The notes under the pieces are model-generated. The model had not been told where the DNA came from. It did not search any database and was given only the letters and a program-made list of their open reading frames with translations. A program made the position numbers and the translations under genes. A stretch of DNA of 63,404 nucleotides, counting the filler, from Octopus bimaculoides (lineage: Eukaryota), in NCBI RefSeq assembly GCF_001194135.2. It is 6 parts of 5 records of this genome, joined end to end, with 100 filler letters (N's around TTAATTAATTAA, not from the genome) between each part and the next. Parts side by side here need not be neighbours in the genome. Positions count along the whole stretch, not along the records: positions 23,118 to 53,807 come from NC_068987.1; positions 53,908 to 57,434 come from NC_068994.1; positions 57,535 to 58,569 come from NW_026364095.1; positions 58,670 to 61,438 come from NC_068994.1; positions 61,539 to 63,404 come from NW_026306576.1; 1 more part is not named here. One strand, 5' to 3'. Of this stretch, positions 51,207 to 62,231 are shown one piece after another. The stretch's first letter is position 1. Each line of letters starts with the position of its first letter.

Positions 51207-52424
51207 CTAAAGCGAAAGAAAACTTCTTATCTCCTAAAATATTAGGTTGGCCTCGTCTGCTAAACTGATAAATCGGTAGTTGTTGACTATCGTGAATCTT
51301 GGATCGCCTCAATAAATTGGTTGACGACTGAATGTATTCATCGATGTGAAGCGGATATGAAAATACAAGGAAAAGAGGAAGAGAATCCCTGCCCCGTCAC
51401 TCGAATGGCTGGATTGTAGAGTTTTAATTCCCACAGAGAACCAACATATACCGCTTTAGTGAGTCATTGTTTTAGAGGGTTTCGGTCATTAATTTGTTGT
51501 TGCTTATTTATATACAATAATAGGCAGTCGGTATGTAAAGGCGAGAATGAGCACAAAAATTCTTTGTATTTTTTTTATTAACCGGAACATTTGCATTTAT
51601 ATATTTTTTTCCTTTATTTCAGTCATTTGAGTCGAAGAAAGTAGCTTCTGAGTCGAAGAAATCGAGCCCAGGACATATTCTTTGTAAATCTGGTATTTAT
51701 TCTATCGGTCTTTTTTGCCGAACCGCTGATCCAGAGACGTAAACACACCAACATCGGTTGTCATGCGATGGTGGCGAGGAAGAAACACAGACACAAAGAC
51801 NNNNNNNNNNCCACAAGGGGCTAAACACAAAGGGGACAAACAAGGACAAACAAAGGGATTAAGTCGATTACATCGACCCCAGTGCGTAACTGGTACTTAA
51901 TTTATCGACCTCGAAAGGATGAAAGGCAAAGTCGACCTCGGCGGAATTTGAACTCAGAGCGTAACGGCACACGAAATACCCCTAAGCATATCGCCCGGCG
52001 TGCTAACGTTTCTGCCAGCTCGTTCCGTCTACTAAATCCACTCAGAAAGCTTTGGTCGGCCCGAGGCTATAGTAGAAGACACTTGCCCAAGGTGCCAGGC
52101 AGTGGATCTGAACCTGAAACCATGTGGTTGGGAAGCAAGCTTCTTACAGCACAGCCACGTGTATATAGAACTATTATTGGACTATAAACAGCATGCATGA
52201 AATCATGTACGCTGTTTAACTATAACATGATGAATGTGATCGTTAATAGTTAGCTTTTTATATATATGAAAATTAGTCACGGTCATTAACGAGAGAACAA
52301 GAGAAAATGTAAAAACGCTTTATCACATAAATAACTGACAGAGTTCTGTGTATCATCTGAGGTTGATCTGTTCGGAAGTTCAATTTCCCAGCTATTTAGA
52401 ACAATCAGACCAGCATCTAGAACA

Positions 52425-52690
52425 TTTGGCGCAACAATTTGGCGGGAAAATTTGCAAATCTTGAAATCTACCGCTTATTTGATTACACACAACCAATCTA
52501 ACTGATCGAACTATACTCACGTAAACGTTAAATCGTTTTATGGCGACAGTTGATTTTTCGTGGCTATCCTTTGTCCTTTATAACAATATAGTTGGTCTGT
52601 TGTTCTAAACTGGGTATCCGAGAGAATTGGTTCGAAATTGAGTACAACCCAGGCTATACCTCTTTTTGGTAATCGAAGTCAGGAAGCAAA
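52425..52690. promoter_or_regulatory. Candidate promoter: tandem E2F-like sites, CCAAT, ETS-like site
   Basis: TTTGGCGC 52425-32, TTTGGCGGGAAAA 52438-50, CCAAT 52493-97, CAGGAAG 52680-86, and a minus-strand donor GTGAGTA at 52514-20, all in non-repetitive sequence. Motif-only evidence. Confidence 0.35.
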
Positions 52691-53030
52691 CGATCGATTA
52701 CGCAACAAATACAAATATACAATCTTCAAATAACATATATTCAGAAATCAATATCAAACATCTAATGATTTCATCAAAAAAATTTTGTAAATATTCTAAA
52801 ACCAATAATTAGTTTTTTCGTGTTCACTTTCAATGATTTGAAGAGAACATACGGCTATCGTTTAATCAACAGTTTTGACAAAAGGCATTTTGAGTACCTG
52901 CGAGTCAATTTAAATGCATTTATAATTAATAGCTTTATTGAAATCGTTGGTGAGTACTGCATCATACTAGTTTCAGAACATTAATTTTCGTAGCATATTC
53001 ATATGTGTGCGTGTGTGTGTGTGTGTGTGC

Positions 53031-53066
<36 letters not shown>

Positions 53067-53096
53067 ATATACGTATACGTATGCATGAGGTAAAAA

Positions 53097-53399
53097 AAAA
53101 CCTTCGATCATTAATGACCATGGGTTTGCACCTAGAAAATTACCCTCTGAGGTACAATCCGGACATTCTAGATTCCCCTCTTCACGCCACTGATGTTATC
53201 CAAAGGAAAGGCAAAAGCCCATACAGCTAGGCACTAGTGACGTCGCAACTCATTTTTACAGCTGAGTGAACTAGAGTAACGTAAAATATAGTGTCTTACT
53301 CAAACTCAAGAACACAACACACAGCTCGGTCCGGGAATCGAATTCACTACCTCATGATTGTGAAAGCAACGCGCTAACCACTGAACCATGCGCCTACAC
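53097..53399 (-). mobile_element. tRNA-derived SINE related to family 3, with a different tail
   Basis: Shares GCTGAGTGAACT.GAG.AACGT and the head GTG..GGCGCATGG with 12175-13029. Confidence 0.8.
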
Positions 53400-53907
53400 A
53401 AACATACATAAGTATGTATGTTATCAATCAGTTTCATTTCTGTATTTCTTGTCAACAGAGAAAGAGCCGGACTCTAACATAGATTCAAGGCTCCTTCATT
53501 GGAACTTTTTATTAACATCATCCAGGTATTTGTGCATGTGTGTGTGTGTGTGCGTGTGTGTGTAGTAGTATTTGGTGTTAGTGTATGCGCAGATTTGTAT
53601 GTTTGTTTTATGGATGCGTTTTTATGTATATATTTTCATGTCTAGATGCATGCATATGTATTTATGTGCTAAATTTTTGGAAAGTTTTACATATCTTTAC
53701 AGTTCCATTGATGGCTTATGCATGTATGTATGTATGTATGTATGTATGTATATTGTTTCAGTCGATAGACTGCGGACATGATTCAAGTCGAACAAATCGA
53801 CCCCTGTNNNNNNNNNNNNNNNNNNNNNNNNNNNNNNNNNNNNNNNNNNNNTTAATTAATTAANNNNNNNNNNNNNNNNNNNNNNNNNNNNNNNNNNNNN
53901 NNNNNNN

Positions 53908-53957
<50 letters not shown>

Positions 53958-54699
53958 ATATAATATATATATGCATATATATATATGTATTATATATATA
54001 TGCATATGTGTATGTATTCATTTATAGGCATATAAGTTATATGCCCATCTGTGCATGCATATATATATGTATATATATATGTGTGTTTGTGTGTGTATAT
54101 ATATGTGCATGTGTATATATATGTATGTATATATATATATGTACGTATATATATATGTGTGTGTATATACATGTATATATTTATATATGTGTGTGTGTGT
54201 ATGTATACAGACACACATATGTGCATCTGAGTGTGTGTGCGTGTGTGTATGTGTGGTGGATGTATATGTATGTGCATGTCTGTATGTTTGCATGTATATA
54301 TATANNNNNNNNNNNNNNNNNNNNNNNNNNNNNNNNNNNNNNNNNNNNNNNNNNNNNNNNNNNNNNNNNNNNNNNNNNNNNNNNNNNNNNNNNNNNNNNN
54401 NNNNNNNNNNNNNNNNNNNNNNNNNNNNNNNNNNNNNNNNNNNNNNNNNNNNNNNNNNNNNNNNNNNNNNNNNNNNNNNNNNNNNNNNNNNNNNNNNNNN
54501 NNNNNNNNNNNNNNNNNNNNNNNNNNNNNNNNNNNNNNNNNNNNNNNNNAACCTGCGTATGTACATGTGTAAATGTGATGAACGCAGACATAGTCGAGTA
54601 ATTAAAAAATACTTGGAGCAATCGTTAAACCTCGCATTTCAATTCCGCCGGACGGCATCTTCATCAAGTGTCTTTAATAAAAACATCTGGATAACCAAA

Positions 54700-54930
54700 T
54701 TCTTGTGAAAGAAAATTATAAATAACATAGATGCTTTCAAGAAAAAACTTGATCTCCTGCAGACCAAGGTCTCAGATGAACGTATATCACGGCAAGAAAC
54801 CCAAAAGGGGGCAGCTGTGTCGAACTCCCTCCTTCACCAAAAGAATGGCTACTGAAAAGGCGATGATACTGACGGTGCTCCAGCATGACCACAGCCTTTG
54901 GGGTGAAATATATAAAAGAATAAAAGAATA
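54700..54930 (+). mobile_element. CR1-like LINE 3' end
   Basis: Frame from 54721: NNIDAFKKKLDLLQTKVSDERISRQETQKGAAVSNSLLHQKNGY* (FKxxLD..PDEP..AAxSNSL type C-terminus). 3' UTR CGGTGCTCCAGCATGACCACAG...TAAAAGAATAAAAGAATA. Confidence 0.75.
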
Positions 54931-55000
54931 CATAAAGGAAAATTGTGTGGAAGCACATCAGATTAGTTATATTTGTAAAATCTATGTGGGTATATATGTA

Positions 55001-55297
55001 CAGTAATCACTCGCCATATCGCGGTTCACCTATCGCGGTTCACTTATCGCGGTTCATCTATCGCGGTTCACCTATCGAGGTTCACCTATCGAGGTTCACT
55101 TATCGCGGTTTGTTATTTAAGCTTATGTCGATTCCTCCGTGGTGTTGTTTTGCATTTATAATAAAATAAATATACACAAATTATAAAAATAATTTTAAAA
55201 TATATACAGTACTATTTCTACTAATTGTACTTCGCGGATTTTCATCTATCGCGCGGGATCTTGGAACGCAATACCCGCGATAGTCGAGGGATTATTG
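55001..55297. mobile_element. Tigger/pogo-like MITE
   Basis: TA|CAGTAATCACTCGCCATATCGCGG ... CCGCGATAGTCGAGGGATTATTG|TA. Seven 14-bp TATCGCGGTTCAC(C/T) units at 55017-55110. Confidence 0.8.
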
Positions 55298-55410
55298 TAT
55301 GTATGTATGCATGCATGTATGTATGCATGCATGTATGTATGTATGTATGTATGTATTATGTATGTATGTATGCATGTATGTATGCACGTATGTATGTATG
55401 TATGTATGTA

Positions 55411-55821
55411 TATGTGCAGATTTGTAAGTTTTGTTTTATGTATATAGTCTCATGCATATACTCGCATATCTAGACATGCTCATAAACACTTAAATGATAA
55501 AACTTCTGGTAAGTTTTACAGATTTTTACAGTTCCAGTGATGGCTTGCATCTGTAGACTTCGAATCAGCTTTCATTTTCCTGTCTTTGAGAGGCCTAATT
55601 TCTTAAGATTGGTATTTAGGAAGTGTGCCACATATCCCAGTGCCCCAATAGTTACAGGTATAAACCTGAACTTATAATCTGGACAGAGCAGCTAAAGATT
55701 CCTCAATAGTTCAGCATTAGAGTCCTCACTCGTATCATTATCGAACCGAGAGTTTAAGTACGGTCCTTCCTAGCACTTACATAGTGTTACCTGCCACTTT
55801 GGGTCTTCTGGATACCAATAC

Positions 55822-55822
<1 letters not shown>
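55411..55822 (-). mobile_element. R4 second-lineage 3' end (RLE C-terminus plus 3' UTR)
   Basis: Minus strand: ELLRNL*LLCPDYKFRFIPVTIGALGYV..LQMQAITGTVKICKTYQKF. The 3' end runs into (CATA)n (plus-strand TATG, 55298-55410). Confidence 0.85.
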
Positions 55823-55851
<29 letters not shown>

Positions 55852-55854
<3 letters not shown>

Positions 55855-56045
55855 CTGTAAAAATTTCATAGGAATTTTCAATGGCCAGATAACTGAAGAG
55901 ATGGCGGCGTGGGTTTCCGCCCCGGCATCCGAAACTCGGAGTTTTATCATGGCTACCGAATAATTGTCACATATTTTTACAGATAAACTCCTCTATTTAC
56001 ATAATATCGAGGTCTCTTTCTTTCTTTTGTTGTCTTTTCTATCAA
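55852..56045 (+). mobile_element. Penelope-like pseudo-LTR fragment containing a hammerhead
   Basis: Hammerhead enclosed by a 13-bp perfect inverted repeat, TATCTGTAAAAAT (55852-64) / ATTTTTACAGATA (55973-85). Flanked by (AT)n. The PLE assignment is inferred from the ribozyme type. Confidence 0.6.
55882..55955 (+). ncRNA. Type I hammerhead ribozyme (family C)
   Basis: UGGCCAGAUAA-CUGAAGA(55893-99)-GAUG..CAUC-C-GAAA(55931-34)-CUC-G-GAG-UU/UUAUC(A)UGGCUA. 11-bp stem I with one bulge, stem III ACUC:GAGU with a 1-nt loop, cut after 55943. Confidence 0.8.
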
Positions 56046-56058
56046 TATATATATATAT

Positions 56059-56112
<54 letters not shown>

Positions 56113-56256
56113 TTATGCATATGTTATATATGTGTAAGCATGCGACTGTATATTTTCATATGAGCATATATGTGCGCATGTGTGAGTGTGAGGATGTCCT
56201 GTTTTTTTTTATTTAAATTCTCACTGTAAGAAACAAAGAAACTGTTATGTCTCAAA

Positions 56257-56390
56257 GCTACTGCTTTCTAGCACCTTCGGATGATGTCTACTCAACCGCT
56301 ACACAACTGCTACTCGACTGCTACTGCTTTCTAGCACCTTCGGATGATGTCTACTCAACCGCTACACAACTGTTACTCGACTGCTACTCA
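56257..56390 (+). repeat. 63-bp tandem duplication
   Basis: GCTACTGCTTTCTAGCACC...CTCGACT at 56257 and 56320, one mismatch, with a partial third start at 56383. Confidence 0.92.
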
Positions 56391-56694
56391 GCACACCTAC
56401 CACGGCCAGACTACCTCTATTTATATGTCTTGGGAGATCCTACTTCTTCGCCTGGGGGCGTCGACACAACAGAAACAGAGCTCCATCACCGGAGTTTAGA
56501 AATCAAAGACGATAAATGTAGCATGGTGAACCTCAGAAATTCCTTTGCATACCTTTACAGTTCTGCTCGCAGATTGTATTGGTAAATAATCTGTTAGCTT
56601 TTCGAGATTAAACATTACCTAATGTAACCAAGTGCACCAATGATTATTGATATAAATGCGAATTTATAACATGAGTTTTAAAAAAACAGCAACA

Positions 56695-56952
56695 AAAAAG
56701 CTGTCGGCATTGAAGCAGTTGGTCGTAAATATTCTATTTTTCACTGATTTTGGAAGACATATTTACATCAGCAGGGCATCTGAGGTCTATGGCTGTACTT
56801 TTTTCATTTCTTTTCTTTTTGGTGGGGAAGCTGTTCTAAATAATTATATCAGGCCTGTTATGTTTGCACTTGTCTGAAGTTTTTATGAGAATGTTCCACC
56901 AATATATCTTCTGCTGCTGCTACTGCTTTTATGTATGTATTCAATAACAAAT
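56695..56952 (-). mobile_element. R4 second-lineage RLE fragment
   Basis: Minus strand: YWWNILIKTSDKCKHNRPDIII and IDLRCPADVNMSSKISEK*NIYDQLL. 5' side flanked by (CATA)n in element sense (plus 56961-57006). Confidence 0.8.
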
Positions 56953-58306
56953 CTATCGTTGTATGTATGTATGTATGTATGTATGTATGTATGTATGTAT
57001 GTATGTATATACTTAAACTAAACAGAATAGATGCAGCTACAAAGGACATATGAAAGAGAATCAAAACAGGAATGAAATAGACTATTTCAAGACCAGACAC
57101 CAAGTTAATTATTTAAGACACGCAATTGCATCGATGTGCATGCCTCAGTGGGTAATGCACCAAATTGCCGTCCTTGAAGTTTGGTTTCGGATCGGGTTTC
57201 ACTCGCAAAAGACTTCTTAACGTTTTTTTTTTTTTGGTTTTTTTTTTGGTTTCTCCTTTTCGGGTTCAGTCCCACTGCGAAGCGCCTTGGGCAAGTGTCT
57301 TCTATTATAGCCCCGGGCCAACAAATACCTTGTGAGTGAATTTGGTAGAGGGGAAACTTGAAAGCTCGTCGTCAGAACAGACATTTAAAAACAATTTTAT
57401 ATATATTATCGTTTTGGAAAATACTTCCCATCATNNNNNNNNNNNNNNNNNNNNNNNNNNNNNNNNNNNNNNNNNNNNTTAATTAATTAANNNNNNNNNN
57501 NNNNNNNNNNNNNNNNNNNNNNNNNNNNNNNNNNTTATTGCTCAGAAATGGTCAACTCTATGCTAAATAACAGGGAAAAAAATTGTGCTTGCTTTATCTT
57601 GTGTACCTATTGAAATAAAAACACCTAAAAGAGGCATACATTTACTGTACGCTTAATTCTTGGCAATTTTCAAAGGCTGTAGATGGAAAAATATACAAGA
57701 TACACTTGATTTGATAAGATATTTGAACTCTATAGAAAAAGGTAACCCCAAACACATGACTTCAAAGTTGTGCTTGCCATACTAGAAGAATAATAGCTGT
57801 CTCAAGATGACCTGTGTGACTCATTTAGAAAAAGATGTAAAATTAATTAATGTTATAAAGACCTACAATTTCAAAACTTTCAAAAATATTGACCTAATAC
57901 TTGATATTTTCCCATCATATAAGTACAAGAGCTAGTATGAAATTTTTCAGGGGGATCTCATTCCTCTCTAACCTCTGAATGCAGAGGACATATAAATAAA
58001 GACATAAATATGTATCTATCTACATTCATATAGATGGATGCATGCATGTATGAACATATGTATAGAATGTTAATAAGATATAGAAAACATGCCATTTCAT
58101 GCTTTATAACACATACACATATTTCGGAAAATTACTGCTAGTATTACATAATTGCTTTTAGAAACATTATATAATCTTGTAAACACCTCTTCAGTATTTA
58201 GCAAAATATACAAGGAATGGTGCTAAATGCTCAATATGTATTCCTGTTAAGCATATTATCTACATCAGTGGAATGACAAAATCTACACACCATAGTTATA
58301 TCATAC

Positions 58307-58463
58307 CTGGTAAATCTGTCAAGGATACACCATATGCTATATTCATAAAAGCTTGTTCTTCTTCATTGCCAAACAACATGGAGTTTTGTAGACACGCTTG
58401 GAAAAACTGCCTTGAATCTCTAGGGTGACATAGCATCAGTATATCTGAGGCTTTTAATGTTAT
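58307..58463 (-). CDS. Internal coding exon of an unidentified host gene (phase 0 in, phase 1 out)
   Basis: Acceptor TGTATTTGTCTCTTAG, donor CAG|GTATGA, 157 nt with only one frame open: ITLKASDILMLCHPRDSRQFFQACLQNSMLFGNEEEQAFMNIAYGVSLTDLP. Non-repetitive; product not recognised. Confidence 0.7.
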
Positions 58464-58669
58464 CTAAGAGACAAATACAGAACAAGTAACATGCATTAAT
58501 ATTTAGAAATATGTAGAAATGATGTGGTGAGCCAGCAGAACCATTAGCATATTAAGCAGAATGCATGGTNNNNNNNNNNNNNNNNNNNNNNNNNNNNNNN
58601 NNNNNNNNNNNNNTTAATTAATTAANNNNNNNNNNNNNNNNNNNNNNNNNNNNNNNNNNNNNNNNNNNN

Positions 58670-58748
<79 letters not shown>

Positions 58749-59724
58749 GTATATATGTATAAATTTATGTGTATGTGTCGTGTCTGTGTCTGTCTCCCCA
58801 TCACCGCTTGACATCTGGTGTTGGTGTGTTTACGTCCTCGTAACTAGCGGTTCTGGGGAAAAAAACCGATAGAATAAGTACTAGGCTTTAAAAAATAAGT
58901 CCTGGGGTCGATTTTGCTCGACTAAAACCCTTCAAGGTGGTGCCTAGCATGGACGCAGTCAAATAGCTGAAACCAGTAAAAGAATAAAAGAATATATATA
59001 TATATATATAATGTTGTATTAAATATTTTTATGGAGATATTGTGTGTTTATATTGTGGTCGTGCGTTAATGCATTGTTATATTTTGTGGCACTGTTGTGT
59101 TATATTTCAAATTTTAATATTGATAGAAGTGTCGTGTCGTGTTGTGTTATGTTTGTTTGCTATTAAAAAGTCAAGCGCTGCACAAATATCACTTGCTTTT
59201 CAGCAGTTCTGTTGACATCTCTATTTCGCGTTGCACACAACGGGCTGGCAGTAACCGAAGATGGCAAAACAATGCAAATGACGTGACGGACACAAGGTTG
59301 GTTTCGACGTGAATGATTAAACTCTCTGAACATCTAATGCAAAAGGACCCAATCGTTGCCACATCTGTGCAAAAGATTGTTGGTCCCTAGTAGAACTGAA
59401 AAGTCATTCATATTGCTTCAGTGAACAATCAAGCGTTGGCATTGTTCAAAATCGAGTCACAGCCGCCATGTTTTGTATATTTGTCTGTTCTTTTATTCTT
59501 TTACTTGTTTCAGTCATTTGACTGCGGCCATGCTGGAGCACCGTCTTAACGGGTTTTAGTTGAAGAAATCGACCCCAAGACTTACTCTTTGTAAGCCTGG
59601 TACTTGTTCTATCGGTCTCTTTTGCCGAAACGCTAAGTTACGGAGACGAAAACAAACCAGTATCGGTAATCAAGCGATTGCGGGGTGAGAACAAACACAC
59701 ACATACACACACACACACACACAT

Positions 59725-59761
<37 letters not shown>

Positions 59762-60595
59762 CATATATATANNNNNNNNNNNNNNNNNNNNNNNNNNNNN
59801 NNNNNNNNNNNNNNNNNNNNNNNNNNNNNNNNNNNNNNNNNNNNNNNNNNNNNNNNNNNNNNNNNNNNNNNNNNNNNNNNNNNNNNNNNNNNNNNNNNNN
59901 NNNNNNNNNNNNNNNNNNNNNNNNNNNNNNNNNNNNNNNNNNNNNNNNNNNNNNNNNNNNNNNNNNNNNNNNNNNNNNNNNNNNNNNNNNNNNNNNNNNN
60001 NNNNNNNNNNNNNNNNNNNNNNNNNNNNNNNNNNNNNNNNNNNNNNNNNNNNNNNNNNNNNNNNNNNNNNNNNNNNNNNNNNNNNNNNNNNNNNNNNNNN
60101 NNNNNNNNNNNNNNNNNNNNNNNNNNNNNNNNNNNNNNNNNNNNNNNNNNNNNNNNNNNNNNNNNNNNNNNNNNNNNNNNNNNNNNNNNNNNNNNNNNNN
60201 NNNNNNNNNNNNNNNNNNNNNNNNNNNNNNNNNNNNNNNNNNNNNNNNNNNNNNNNNNNNNNNNNNNNNNNNNNNNNNNNNNNNNNNNNNNNNNNNNNNN
60301 NNNNNNNNNNNNNNNNNNNNNNNNNNNNNNNNNNNNNNNNNNNNNNNNNNNNNNNNNNNNNNNNNNNNNNNNNNNNNNNNNNNNNNNNNNNNNNNNNNNN
60401 NNNNNNNNNNNNNNNNNNNNNNNNNNNNNNNNNNNNNNNNNNNNNNNNNNNNNNNNNNNNNNNNNNNNNNNNNNNNNNNNNNNNNNNNNNNNNNNNNNNN
60501 NNNNNNNNNNNNNNNNNNNNNNNNNNNNNNNNNNNNNNNNNNNNNNNNNNNNNNNNNNNNTATATATAATATAATTAATATATATAATAATATAA

Positions 60596-60645
<50 letters not shown>

Positions 60646-61401
60646 CATAAATATATTTATATATAGATCTCTCTCTCTATCTCTCTCTCTCTTTCTCTCT
60701 TTCTCTCTGTATATATATATATGTATATAGGTTCAAAAAAAGACAAAAAACAATAACAAGAAACAAGAACGTGAGGACGTAATACGGATAATGTTATTAG
60801 ACGCTATATATATATANNNNNNNNNNTTGTATTCTGCTGTGAAGTAGCTATTATTGCTGTTATTGAGGTTGTTACTGTTGTTGTTGTTATTACAATATTT
60901 ACTTTTTATTATGTTGTTATATCTTTGTATGTTCTTTATATTATATTACATTGTGCTGCTGCGTTGTTATTGCTAAATTTACTTTTTTTCTTATGGTGTA
61001 ATTATGTTTGTACGTTGTGTATATTCTGTTGTACCGTGTTATTTTTAAGTTGTATTATGCTGATGTTACGTTTGTATTACTGTTGTGTGATAATGCATGT
61101 TGTTGTGTCGCAGTTATGGAGTTATTGTGTGTTTATATGCTACGTACGTTGCTTTGCCCTTTTATGCTTTACATAGCATGTTACAGGCGTTAATATGTTG
61201 CATTGTGTCACTGTTGTGTTGTATTTTTTTCTACTCTAGGCACAAGGCCTGAAATTTATGGGAACGGGGTCAGTCGATTAGATCGACCCCAGCACACAAC
61301 TGGTACTATAATGTGAATTCTAGCTCATGCTGAGCACTTCAACTCTAGCCCATCTTTATGTATTGTTATATTAACAATATATAATTATACAAAAATTACA
61401 G

Positions 61402-61438
<37 letters not shown>

Positions 61439-62231
61439 NNNNNNNNNNNNNNNNNNNNNNNNNNNNNNNNNNNNNNNNNNNNTTAATTAATTAANNNNNN
61501 NNNNNNNNNNNNNNNNNNNNNNNNNNNNNNNNNNNNNNGTACAAATGTCTTGTTTTCAAAAGTTCTGAATTAAAATCTTTCACTAAACAAACCTTAGTCA
61601 CAATTTATGTTCCTAACATCAGCTTAATGATAACAAAGTTATTTTACTAAATTCTTTGTTATATTTAAANNNNNNNNNNAACAAAGTTATTTTACTAAAT
61701 TCTTTGTTATATTTAAAACTAATTGAAAGTAACACAAAGCATCTCAACAGAAATAGGGTAACAAAAGGGTTAAAATATATAAAAGGGTAACAAAAGGGTT
61801 AAGGTGTTTTATATTTACCCCTTTTGTACTACCAAAAATCCTCAGGTCCAAATATTACCCAAGCTATTAATTATTCACTTATTCCTTTGTATTATAAGCA
61901 CAAAGACAACCCCAGTGCTCAACTGGTACTTATTTCGTTGACCCTGGGGGAGGGAGGGTGCTAGGGGCAGTCTGTCTCGGGGAAGCACTTTTCATCTTGT
62001 AGGCTATAAGCCAGAATAGATTATATTGGAATAGTATAGCATGTGATAATTCCTGATATTATAAAAAAGAAACTATTGGAAATGCAGGGCCTTTGGGTCT
62101 GCTGTTGGCAATATCTATTTTTTGTGGGGTCTGGTGGGGAAACAAATGGAAGGGCCACACTTTAACTCTTTAACATGATCTAGTTATAATTTTCACCCTC
62201 CAATTCTCTTGTAATCTACTTGCTATCATAC

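Noticed and set aside
56858-56952. Next host exon DLLLNTYIKAVAAAEDILVEHSHKNFRQ (phase-compatible with the 58307 donor)
   Set aside because: The same bases in another frame give YWWN..KCKHNRPDIII of an R4 element, and the acceptor is a microsatellite with no polypyrimidine tract.
23062-61494. Five isolated TTAATTAATTAA 12-mers between N runs
   Set aside because: Six-frame-stop scaffolding linker; an assembly artefact, not a biological repeat or CRISPR-like array.
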